Notes under the pieces: model-generated
Seen by the model: the letters and a program-made list of their open reading frames with translations, nothing else
Databases searched by the model: none
Told to the model about the DNA's origin: nothing
Origin: Callorhinchus milii
Lineage: Eukaryota
Reading direction: 5' to 3'
DNA: 64,000 nucleotides
Assembly (NCBI RefSeq): GCF_018977255.1
Contig: NW_024704742.1
Span: 82,648,001 to 82,712,000 of the forward strand
Shown here: positions 50,246 through 61,750 of the stretch, in pieces
Layout of the letters: each line of letters starts with the position of its first letter
Numbering within the stretch: the stretch's first letter is position 1
Translations under genes and position numbers: made by a program

Positions 50246-52824
50246 ATTTGCTATTCAAATCTGTTATGAAACATTGCATTTATTTTTAGCTAATCTTAAA
50301 TCACTGAATATGGTGTTTTAGAGCAGCTCACAGAACAGGGACGTATCTCAATCAGAGTCTTGTAAAGCCAGCAGTCAGTCGCCGGCTCCATGGTCAGGAA
50401 CAATAAACACAGCCAAGAAGAAATGAGAACTAAAGATGTCATTGCTTAAAATCTGGGATCAGGTTTCTGGCCCAATTATTGTGCCAACGGTGGACAGAGG
50501 AAGGAGGGAGTGGAGGGTGGAGATCACATCAGATCTAGGAATAGATGGAAAAATTTGATGTTGCAAAACACATTTGATAACACCTTTGATAACAATCGAA
50601 TCTGTGGTGAAACATTCAATTTCTCAACCCACCAATCTTTTCCGTTCTGGCCGTTGGTTTTCCTGAGGTTCATAAGGATTATAATCTCTGCCAGCTCCTT
50701 CGTGTGATATCGATGTGTCAGCCTGATTGTGCAGCACAAAGCTGGCTACAGTTCAACAGATACTGGCACAGAAATTGTATGTGCTCTCACGACTGTTTGT
50801 GGGACACTGCTGTGTGCAATTGGCTGCCATGTTTCACCCACAAAATATACAGTCAATTCACTTTACAGTATATTCTGTGAAGAGCTTTGAGGACTATAGG
50901 ACACTATTTCAAATACAAGGATTTTTATTATAGATGTCTGGCATGTGGAAACCCATTGGTGAGGTATAAATAGTGAGATTAAGATGCTTTTTATGTCAAT
51001 AAAGACAGACTTTTACTCTCCATATAACTCATGCCATCAAGGAAGAGATTTTCACAAAGTGGAACGCGCTGCCTTAGGTCACTCGGGAGTAATCATTGGG
51101 TTCTGCAATGATTTTACGTAAAGCTCTAAGCAGGCCAGATTCAATACATTTTCATAGTCTCCATTGGCGGCGTGATTGAGATTCCCTGTTGTTTCTTGGC
51201 AGTGATCAAAATCGCTGAGGTACAGGAAAGGAAGATTGGCGTTACTGAGCTCAATAAAATGCAGCATAAGGTCACATTCAAATTGTTAATTGCTGATGTC
51301 TGGACCGTTTAATTATGATAGAGAAGTAATCATAGAAGTAGCTGTGGCCCTTATAGGCCAGTGGTGAAAGCACTGTTTGATTCCTGTTAGCAACAGCTTT
51401 TTGTTTTTAGCGCTTGCATCTGGTGAAGGGAGATGAGATTACTCAGGCAAATTCATGTTTGGGATGATTTATACACCGGTGAAAGGAATGTCATACGCTG
51501 TTCCTACTACAATGCTTTGAAGCTTTCAGTCTACTCGTGTTGTTTGCTGTCCTTGACGTTTTGTATCGAGACACAAAGTGTCAATAGGAAACAAGGCTGT
51601 GGCTCCATATCTCCGCGCATTCAGCCTGGATTTTTAAGATGGTGAATTGACCAATCAGGTCTGAGTTTTGAATAGCCTGCAGTGTAAACAACCTGAATCT
51701 TCTTAAAACCTAGTAAACTAAATTCTGTGCACATGTTCCTGTGTGTGTGTGTATGTGTTTGTTTGTGAGAGAGGGGGAAAATTTGCATAGAATACTTCTT
51801 TTATATAATAAAATTAGAATGACATACTTTGTATGAAAGCTTACGTTTTGTGAAGCCGAGTATCTTCAGCAGAATTGATGTTGTGACATCGGACACTGAT
51901 GAAATGCAATTTGGTGTGCAATGTGCTTCTGCATTTGCCATCAGAGACAAACTGTTCATTCTTTGCAGTTCTCCGCTGGACCTTATCGGAGAACATGCAA
52001 GCTGGAGGGCATTGGCATGGCTGATCACTCAGTAGGAAACCCAACAGCTGTGCTTCTGACAGCTGGAAAGAGCATGATGGCCCATCACTGAATGTTCGGC
52101 AGACCTAGGCTTACAGTCACAGCATGCAGTCTTAAACCTGTTAAGCTATACATAGAATTCCTCCTGAAAAGTGCTATTGCACCTCTCCCTGTACATAATG
52201 GAATGGCTGCAGAATTACATTTATGTCGCTATCAGCCCATCTGCTTTAGTTGTGCATTGCCTTAGGTGATAATATAATTGCAATTGCAGGCTATCAGTTT
52301 GCTCCTTTAAAATTTAGCTTAGATTCAACTGTATATTAACTAGTATTTGTGAACTTTATTGCTTTACTGGCAAGCAGACTGCTTTTTTGAAGCTGCAATT
52401 TCTCATTTTAACTGTTCATAGGGCTAAAATTCTTATGATTCTAGCTTCAAGACTATTTTCCTAATAGTTTAGTTCATATGAAATGTTAGAACATTTTTAA
52501 ACTCAGTCTTAACTTGGAAGCTGGTTCATTTTAGGTGCTGGAGAATAATAGCTTCCAAATAAAGACCTCAACTTGTGAACTTTCCAAAATTTAAAGTGTC
52601 AGTCTGTCTCAGTGGGCAACAGTCTAGCCTCTGAGTTACAAGGTTGTGGATTCAAGCTCCATGTCGGGATTTGGAACTCATATAGTCTAAACTTGCAATG
52701 CAATGCTGTTGTTGGAAGTGCCATCCTTTGGATGAGATGCTAAACAGAGGTTTCATATGCCTGTTTAGGTCAAAGTGAAAGGTCCAATGGCGCTATTCGA
52801 AAAGAGAAGGGAGTTTCTCCTTGT

Positions 52825-53070
52825 ACAAAACGCAAAATACCGCTGATGCTGGAATCTGAAACAAAAACAGAGAGAGCTGGGAAAAGTCAGCAGATCAGGC
52901 AGCATCTATGGAAAAAAAAAGTGAGTCAACGTTTCGGGTCCACAACCCTTTGTCAGAACGGAGAACTGGTCCAGTTCTGACGAAGGGTCGTGGATCCGAA
53001 ACGTTGACTCACTTTCCTTTCTCCATAGAAGCTGCCTGACCTGCTGAGTTTTCCCAGCTCTCTCTGTTTT
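52825..53070. mobile_element. Non-autonomous fold-back element, probably derived from Penelope-like element termini
   Basis: ~95-bp inverted arms (about 52864-52959 and 52974-53070); 13-bp direct repeat agtttctccttgt at 52812-52824 and 53071-53083. Confidence 0.85.
52973..53009 (+). ncRNA. Minimal type-I hammerhead ribozyme motif (Penelope type)
   Basis: AGUU-CUGACGA-A-GGGUC(GUG)GAUCC-GAAA-CGUU/GACU: core boxes, 5-bp stem II, palindromic ACGU in place of stem III, 4-bp stem I. Confidence 0.6.
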
Positions 53071-53634
53071 AGTTTCTCCTTGTGTCTGGTTCTAAAAATT
53101 CACCAATATTATAAATATTATTATACATAACATTCTACATTGCCTTAAATTTCAAGATTATGGTTTTAAGGCTAAGACTGTAGGAAATATTGGTCTTGGA
53201 ATTATTAGCTTTGGGTCAGTTTCATGAGCTGAGCAGCGACCTGAGACTCACTTCGCACTGATATCCTCAGTGGCCACAGCAGCTATTGCAAATAATACAT
53301 GGTTTATTTTGCTTTTGATTTATTGTTGCAACGTGACAAAGATTTGTTTTTCACAAGACCTCAATTCACAGTTCTCAATGGACATGCCCAGATACTCAGC
53401 TATTTGCCTGCCAATGACAAAGTAATGAGAAGAGGATAATTTTCAGTTGTTAGTTTCATTGATAGGGATTGGCAGCAATTTAGTCTGAGGAGCTGTTTTG
53501 GGATTAAGCCAAGTAAATACTGTGATTTCAACTGGGAAGGACTGGATTGTAGCAATATCCCAGCAATTTCCTCAAACTGTACTGACCAGGCCACTTGCTT
53601 TACTCAGCGGGCACCAGCCTGTTTCTCTACTCAC

Positions 53635-53885
53635 CCCATTCGGGCGGCTTTCGGTCAATCTGCTCCCACTCGCTGGAACTCTATACTAGAGTCCCTCTGA
53701 CTTGTTCCCTCCCTCATCTCTTTCATGGTCCGTCTCAAAACCTATCTGTTTGACCACACCTTTGGTCATCTTTCCTCTCTCCCACCTCCTTGGCTCCCAC
53801 TCCCAGCTTGGGTGTCAAACCAGTCATGTTAAGCACTTGGGACGTTCTCTTTACATGAAAGGATCTGTAAAAATGTGAATTTATA
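53635..53885 (+). mobile_element. Old L2 3' fragment
   Basis: ctggaactctata...gtctcaaaacctatctgtttgaccacacctttggtc and tail. Confidence 0.75.
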
Positions 53886-54494
53886 TTGTAGATTTGTATG
53901 TAAAATAGTGAAATTGCATATGTAGAATATGGAGACCAGCCATCCTATTTCAGGACAGCAAAATACAGACCTTTAAACTGTTTTTTCTCGAGGTATGGTC
54001 GGAATCTGTGTGAAATTCAGTGAGTGGAATGTATGTCCTAACATCCTATAACACTGATGATGTACATGGGAAATAATGGTTTATTGGTATTAGGATGCAT
54101 AATATGTTTAGTGTCAAGGCATAAAGAAAACAACGCAAATTACAACTGCCAAGGTAACTTATTGGGCCAATGCAAGAGTTCTGTAAGATTACTGGGAATA
54201 TTATTCAAAGCTCAGATGCAAACTCCGTTTTCTGACTGTATAATCAATGGCTCCATAAGAATATATGATTATATATATATATATAGATTTTTTTATAAAT
54301 CCATTTTTTTAATGAAATTTTTAAAATTTAAATAAAACCAATCTGGGAGAAATGCAAAAACAGATTATGGAACTGATACTAACAAAACACCAACACTATC
54401 ACTTTGTTTTGATGGCATTTGGCTGCATTCTAAACCTTTATGCCCTATGATTTTACAACAAGTTCTATTCTCACGTTGCTCATGTGGAGTTCAG

Positions 54495-54724
54495 AGGCTT
54501 TCAATTCCAACGAGTCATAACACGTGAGACGATTTTGCCTTAAAAATTAAGATTACCCTAAATTGTGAAACATTCTTCAAGTCAGTCTTAATTTCAAAGC
54601 TGATTTTCTGCACTTCATTTAGTGAGGGCTTCGAAATTAAAAACAATTGAAGAAAATTCCACAATTCCAAGCTTTTTTATGTCAAATGGCCTTACAGACC
54701 AAGACTAAGTGGAATTTCAAGCCT
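54495..54724. mobile_element. MITE-like fold-back element (same family as 2551-2795)
   Basis: Inverted termini aggctttcaattcca / tggaatttcaagcct; shared core tcagtcttaattt. Confidence 0.55.
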
Positions 54725-56257
54725 TAAGAAGATCTCAGCAACACTACCTTGCATTTATATTGCGCCCTTCACACAGGGGTTCCACCCCAAGCAAGCCAGA
54801 GAGGGAGGTGACCTTAGGTCAGGGGTGTAGCCATGAGTGGACCTGGGTGATCCACAGCCCACTCAAATAGCAGCCAGGTCCATCCATCACTATCAGGCAG
54901 ACAAAGAAGCCAATGACCATGTCAAAGGCTCACAGAATGGCCAATGACTCCTGAATAGAGATGATCATAGTCTATCACTCCTGTTAGTGTCTCTTTGCTC
55001 CTATCCTTTGACTTGGTTGGACCCTTCAGCCTTATTTCAGTAGAGGTGATTAGGTAATGAAACTAAGGATTTGGGGAACTGGAGTTCTGGTCCTGAGTCC
55101 ACCATCAGGAGGTGGTATCAGCAGCTCTGTGACTTGGAGCTGACTGGTGTATAAATGAGATGGGTGTACATCGAGTCCGTCTCTGCTCTCAAACAGACTT
55201 TTGAAAGCCATCTGATGTCTGTGCATGAATAGCAAAGTAGCGGGGAATTGAAAATCGGGCATCATGCTCCGCATCAATCTACTGTTGAAAGCAATATTGC
55301 TTCAAGCAATGTAGCCCGGCATTTGTTTAGCTGAGTTCTTTATTACCTTTGGTGAATATTTGTACTGAGTCATTCTGCGATCTGTTTACATTCTGTGCGA
55401 TTGAAAATGAACAAAATGTATTTCCAGCCGCTCTGTGTCCTCTAACTGCACAGCAACAGCTGTGGCAGGGAACAAAGGTTCAATGCTGAGTGAAACCAGG
55501 CATCTTCTCTTGGTTGTACAGGAGCTCCTAGACAATTACTGCCCCAAATGAACAACAATTACTTTTGTGTATATTCCAGTGTCAGCCATTAACAGCCCCA
55601 GGAACACACAATCCATGCTTTTAATATGTGATAGTGATTTAATTTCAAACTCCAGTGTTATTTTATTTCATGCCTAGCTTGTAAAAACTATATTTAGTCA
55701 TTTTTTCAAGTTAAAAATATACCAAGAGCTCTCCCTTGACTCTGCTGGTAAAGACACTGTCTTGAGTGAATTTGAATCAAATAGACTTGGGATGTTCCAG
55801 GTGTGAAACCTCCACTCTCCTCTCATCATGGTCCACACTGCATTAGCTATGCTAAGATTGGCCTCAGCATCCCTTGGTTTCAATAAGAAAGTTAACCAAA
55901 TCTTCCACTCTGGGCAATTCTCCAATAACCCCTGCTGGAATATGTGAAGCGTGCGGGTGTCCAGTGAGAACAGCATTGGGTTCATCTGCGGCGATGCCTG
56001 CTTTGGCAACAGCCTGCCAACACTCGCTGTCTGGACTCACATTTGCAGAATGGCCACTTGGGTAAGACACCGGCAGGTACCTGGTGCCAATGGAGTCTTA
56101 TGCCTCTATGAGGGGAAAGAGCAAGAGAATTGGAATTAGAGTAGTTAGCTCCAGTGTATCAGTTGGGCTAGCACCAGCATAGGCTCGAAGGCCTTCTTCT
56201 GTGCTGTAATTTCCAATGCTTCTATGAGTCTGCCCCTTCAAAGTAGGAGGAGAGCTA

Positions 56258-56579
56258 AATAATAATAATAATAATCCTTGCATTTGATATAGATCTTTTC
56301 ACGTCGGGAGGACGTCCCCAAGCGCTTCACAGAACACACTGTAAAGTGAATTGACTGTATATTTGTGGGCGAACGCGGCAGCCAATTGCGCACAGCAATG
56401 TCCCACAAACAGTCGTAGATTGAAAATGACCAATTTATTATTGTTTTTGGTTTTTGGAGGGATTATTATTAGGTGTGTGGAGTAAGGAAACTTGCCCAAG
56501 GTTTTGCCCTGCCTGGAATTGAACTCAGGTCTCTCACTTGCAAAGCGAGTGCCCTAACCACTGAGCTACAGGACTCCAC
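56258..56579 (-). mobile_element. tRNA-Ala-like SINE, short form, young
   Basis: Full head, body and (TTA)n tail; near-identical to 42141-42462. Confidence 0.92.
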
Positions 56580-59500
56580 AAATGAAAGGAGAACAAATAT
56601 ACTAACATGCTTAATTTTATAATAATAATCCTTACATTTGGTATAGCTCGTTTCATGTCGGGAGGACATCCCAAAGCACTTCACAGGATTTACTGCAATA
56701 TGGCAGCCCATTTGCGTACCATCAATGTACCGCACCGAGAACTTAGACTTGAGCGATGGATTGAGCCAAGCGGTGGATGTGTCACACTGAAACCTTGCAT
56801 TCTGTGGAGCTTCTTGTCAGATATTGCTTTCATTTATATTCATGAAATGTGCATGTCCCAAGCATTTCAGGTGTTTAGACATACACATGTTTATGGAATG
56901 TAAATGGATTACAGATAGCACTGAAAGACACAAGGAACATTACTTGTGCTTTGTGTAGTGCTAAATGCTACTCACAGAGCTGTCAACCTGTGTTCCAGCA
57001 AGAAGTTATTAACAAGACCCCCTACCACCTTCCCTCTGTAAATTCCCACATCAGCGTTATGATCAGCTATTACAGCATTGTTAAAGCCCTTGCTTCGTTC
57101 ACTGAGAAGGTCACATTGGAATCTGCTTTGATTTCTTTTATTCAGTGGGATGAAGAGAAGCAGACTAATGCTGAGTTGTTTTTTATAACATGTCGGAGAA
57201 TGTTTCAGTGCTTCATTCCACCTCATGCTGAAACAATCGTAGGCGTATCAGGACCAATAATGTAATGCATCACTTTCTTGTACATTATTTACTAAATAGA
57301 CCGACTAACCCCAAGTTGTGTAAGAGATGCTAACCCTGCCATTATATGCGTTTTGTTTCTGGAACAACACCAAACAGGACTGAGTATAATCAGTATAATC
57401 ACACACACAAATACAATATATCTCTTAAACAATTATTGCTGCAGCTCTCGAAAATGTCTCGGGGATCTTTTACTTTTGAATTTTCATTTTCCCTGTGCCA
57501 ACTTAGTAACGTGCCCCACCCATCCCAGCTGAAGTTCGTGGGAACAGATGTCTTTGTGTCTTTTCTGTTGAAGGCTCCAGTTCAGTAACTATACAGGTAG
57601 TAGTGTGTGATATTTGTGGCTTTACAAACAGTTACTCCTTGGCCACCAGGCACTGAGGACTTTGCTTGTGATTAAATTGTCAAGTGGAAGCTGCAGTTGG
57701 CAGGTGAAAGACCTGAAGGCATTTGGCTTGGAGAGCTCCCAAGTCATCCTCTGTTCCCCTTCCACTATTAATCTCCAGGAAAGAATGAAGCCCCAATTTG
57801 ACATTTACCATTTATGTCCAATTAAATGTTGCCCATTTAAATTGACTGCCATTCGTGTTGCACAAATGGGACCAAGATGCTCATTTTTCTATTACAGTAA
57901 ACTCCTGATAATTCATCACTCTAAGGGAAAGGACTCAGTGATGAGTTATCCACAGAGCAGTGAGTTAGGCATTTGTACATGAATAAATGTGGCCAGGATA
58001 TTGACAGCACGATTACTTAAGTGGTAGTTACACATTAAGCCAGGGTCGAGTTATCCGGAGTTTACTGTAATTACAAAAACAACAACAACAAGATTACATT
58101 TGTATAGCGCCTTTCACGTCGGGAGGACATCCCAAGGCACTGGACGCCTGCAGAAAATCGACTTCAAAATCAAGATCAAATTTAAGATTTTCCCCCAAAT
58201 TTACTTACTCAGAAATGCTAAGGTGTAGACTCGGGCAGAATTTTCCCCTCACCCTCCTCCAGAGGATGTGAAGGACTTGAATACCTCTAACAAAGCCAGA
58301 AAACTGTTTTTGCTCCTTGTGTTTGAATGAAGTGTTCCACTTCTATGGTCAATGCAGCAGTGACTTAGCCAATGGACTTTGATACATAGATGTCTGAGTT
58401 GCACTTAGACCATATTCAGTGGCTCCCCGAAAGGGCTCGGAATTATCAAGCAGAATGAAGGCGCGGATTCATGGGCCAAAAATCTTGAGACAATCTGGAT
58501 GTTAAAAAACTATGTTGGGCTTACACTGGGTGGTAAGCATTGGCAACCAATCACGGGGACACTCAGAAAATTTCCTGATTTCCCATATAGCTCGTCCTCC
58601 CCTGCCCATATTATTGTGTGTGAGGTACCCTTGGATTGAATTGATTGTGGATAGCACTGGCATTGGCTGATTGCAGAGCATCTAGCAATTCAAATCCTAA
58701 TTCATTGTTAAGAATTTTGTTGGGGAATCTGCAAATGTATGCTAATGTATATTAGAATGCATTATTACCAGTATATCTTCTGAGGACTCTTTTCTGCTGA
58801 TGACTCAAACTATCCAAATCCACCTTCCGTATTAAAACATGTTAGTGTTAGCCCCATGACACTATTCAAAAAATAGCTTCTCCCAATGTCCTAGCTATCA
58901 ATCCTCCAGATAAATGAACCTCATGCTATTTGGAGGGCCTTAGGCTACAAAACAGTCACTACGCTTGGCTGTATTTACCAGTAATGGGCTTTAGGTTAGG
59001 TTGACGCAGTAAACGCACGATAGAAATCACCCAATTCTGCCTTTAAAAAGTGTTTTGATAACCGCGAATGATAAATCGACATTGATGCACGCGATTTTCA
59101 AAAATGTTGAAATCACAGGTGCTGTATGCCGTATCTGACTGTGGGTTGTTGACACACGTACTCATTTTGCTGATGCACAGTGGCAGACCGAGCGTAAAAA
59201 AACAAAAGATAAAGACAGGCCCCAGTGAAAACATTGGCAGCACAAACCAGACATGGCAATTTCATAATAAAAAGAACTAATCTGGCCCACAGTGAGTGCT
59301 GAGACTCAAGTCATACATGACAGTCCCTTCAGAATGTTAAAGATGTCTGCTTTAGTGTGAAGCCTCCTTTCGGCACATATAAAAGGCATGATCCTGCACA
59401 TTACAAGAGAGATATCCGCATGTTGATCAACTGATTCCTCAGTGGCTCAGTTTATCATCAACCTTCCATGTCTTATACCTGAGTCTGTGAAATCTTCCTA

Positions 59501-60004
59501 TTCAGTGGCTCAGGCTGGATAGTGCATGATTTGCTGGAGCCATATAATTATACAACTAAATCAACCTCAGGCATAAATGAGCCGTTTAATTATAGGATGG
59601 AATCCAATGTGTTTGGGCCGCGTGGTTTTGGAAAGCTGAGTTTCAGTGTGTTTCAGGTTTTTAAGACGAGTTTCCTCCCTTCCTGCGAGTGAATGATCTA
59701 TGAGCTAAATGTGATGGATTGAGGCATTGCAGTCACCACCACTAACAAACATATAGAGAAATACATAGTCAATTCAATTTACAGTATATTCTGTGAAGCG
59801 CTTTGAGACGTCTCGAAAATGTGATAAAGTGCTATATCAAATGCAAGGATTATTATTTTAAAAAATCACGTATATGAAGCTAATAGAGCTTTGAGAAAGG
59901 CGATCTATAAATGTAAATTGTATTGGAATTTTATTGTAAGCGCAGTGGGATCCTGATATAATCTGAGTTTGCTTATAAGATAGGTGGGAATTTTACCCAT
60001 TGTA

Positions 60005-60780
60005 TCAACAACAACAACAATAACAACAAAATTACATTTGTATAGCCACTTTCATGTCGGGAGGATGTCCCAAGGTCTCTTCAAGATGTATCAAACAGTG
60101 TTTCGGACCCGAACTGTTGGTCGGGATTGGGGAGAGTGGAGGGCAAGGGGGTAAGGGGTGTGATCGAAGTCACAGTTGAAGATGAGGGTCTTGAGATGGG
60201 TCTTGAAGGAGGCAAGGGAGGGGGTGAGGTGGAGGAACTGTGGGATGGAGTTCCATAGGGTAGGGTCAGAGTGGCTGAAGGCCTGCCCACCCACGGTGGA
60301 GCGGGCGAGGTGGGGGATGTGAAGCAGGCTGGAGCCTGCTAAGCGTAGAGCAGAAAGGTTGGTAAGGGGTTAGGAGTTTGCAGAGGTAGGGGAGGAGCAA
60401 GGCCATGGAGGGCTTTGAAAGTGATGACCAGGATCTTGAACTGTATCCTCTGTGTGATGGGAAGCCAGTGGAGTTGGGTGAGGATGGGGCTGATAGGGCC
60501 ATGGAGCCTGGACCGGGAGAGGACACAGGCTGCAGAGTTCTGGATGATCTGCAGTCTATGGAGGGAGGAGTTGGGGAGGCCGACAAGCAGAGAGTTTGCA
60601 TAGTCAAGCCTGGATTTTATGAATATGTGTATGAGGGTTTCGGTGGCCTGCGGTGTGAGACAGTGGCAGAGCCAGGCAATGTTGTCGACGTGGGGGAAGG
60701 CAAAGCAGGTCACGGCACAGATGTGGAACAGAAAGGATTGTTGAGGGTCAAACAAGACGCCAAGTTCCAGACTGGCTCAG
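60005..60780 (-). mobile_element. L2 LINE, 5'-truncated
   Basis: ETLIHIFIKSRLDYANSLLVGLP...LQIIQNSAA...LHWLPITQRIQFKILVITFKALHG; tail with (TTG)n. Confidence 0.92.
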
Positions 60781-61177
60781 TTTGATAGAGATAAGTTTGA
60801 TAGAAATGTATCAAGCTTAATATAAATTCATGATAATCTTAAAAAAAAGCAAGGGAGTTTTTCCCGATGTCTGGACAACATTCCTCTGGGTAAATGGGTC
60901 ATTCACCTATTTGAGGGATTGTTCTTGCTTCAATCACTCTGCCTGTTTGTGTATCTTCAGATTACACTTGAAGACTTTCATCTTCGACCGTGCTTATTGT
61001 CACCTTCCTTTTCTCCCTGGCTCAAAATCAAACCACACCATTGTTAAGTGTTCTGAAATACTACCTCATATGAAGGGCTCTATTTAAATGCAAACTGCTG
61101 TTATTGGTGTTGTGTGTAAAAATGGTTGCCATCTTTACTGACAAAGACCCATTCATTACATTTGATAGAGAAGTTGT

Positions 61178-61335
61178 TGAGTCCTGTAGCTCAGTGGTTA
61201 GAGCACTCACCTCGCAAGCGAGAGACCTGGGTTTGATTCCCGGCAGGGTGAAACCTTGGACAAGTTTCCTTATTCCACATGCCTGATAATAATCCCTTAA
61301 GAAAAAAACAATGATAAAATTGGTCACTTCAATCC
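61178..61335 (+). mobile_element. tRNA-Ala-like SINE, short form, 5' half
   Basis: gagtcctgtagctcagtggttagagcactc...aattggtcacttcaatc. Confidence 0.85.
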
Positions 61336-61393
61336 CCCAAAAGTTCCCTCCACAGTTATATTGTCATTTTATCACTACACACTGTAAACACTA

Positions 61394-61750
61394 TGGAGTC
61401 CTGTAGCTCAGTGGTTAGAGCGCTCACCTCACAAGCGAGAGACCTGGTTCGATTCCCAGCAGGGCGAAATGTTGGGCACGTTTCCTTACTCCACACCCCT
61501 CTGTTTATCTAGCAGTAAGCATGAACCCGGTTGTTAGTCGATTGATGGATCGCTTTTCCAGGGGTAATAATTCCTTCCAAAAAAATAATAATTTGTTCAC
61601 TTCAATCCACGACTGTTTGTGGGACACTGCTGTGTGCAATTGGCTGCCGTGTTTCACCCACAAATAAAGTCGGTTCACTTTACAGTATACTCTGCGAAGC
61701 ACTTTGAGAAGTCTAGAAGACGTGAAATGCACTATATCAAATGCAAGAAT
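61394..61750 (+). mobile_element. tRNA-derived SINE, long form, full length
   Basis: Head, ~64-bp extra segment (61501-61564), shared body and tail. Confidence 0.9.

Larger units (their letters stand above)
52597..53100 (+). mobile_element. Deu-domain SINE interrupted by a fold-back element
   Basis: Head gtgtcagtctgtctcagtgggc..., Deu domain ggatgagatgctaaacagagg; resumes at agtttctccttgtgtctgg after 53070. Confidence 0.8.

Noticed and set aside
56893..56915. miR-1/206-like sequence (tggaatgtaaa)
   Set aside because: Only 11 nt match and there is no precursor hairpin.
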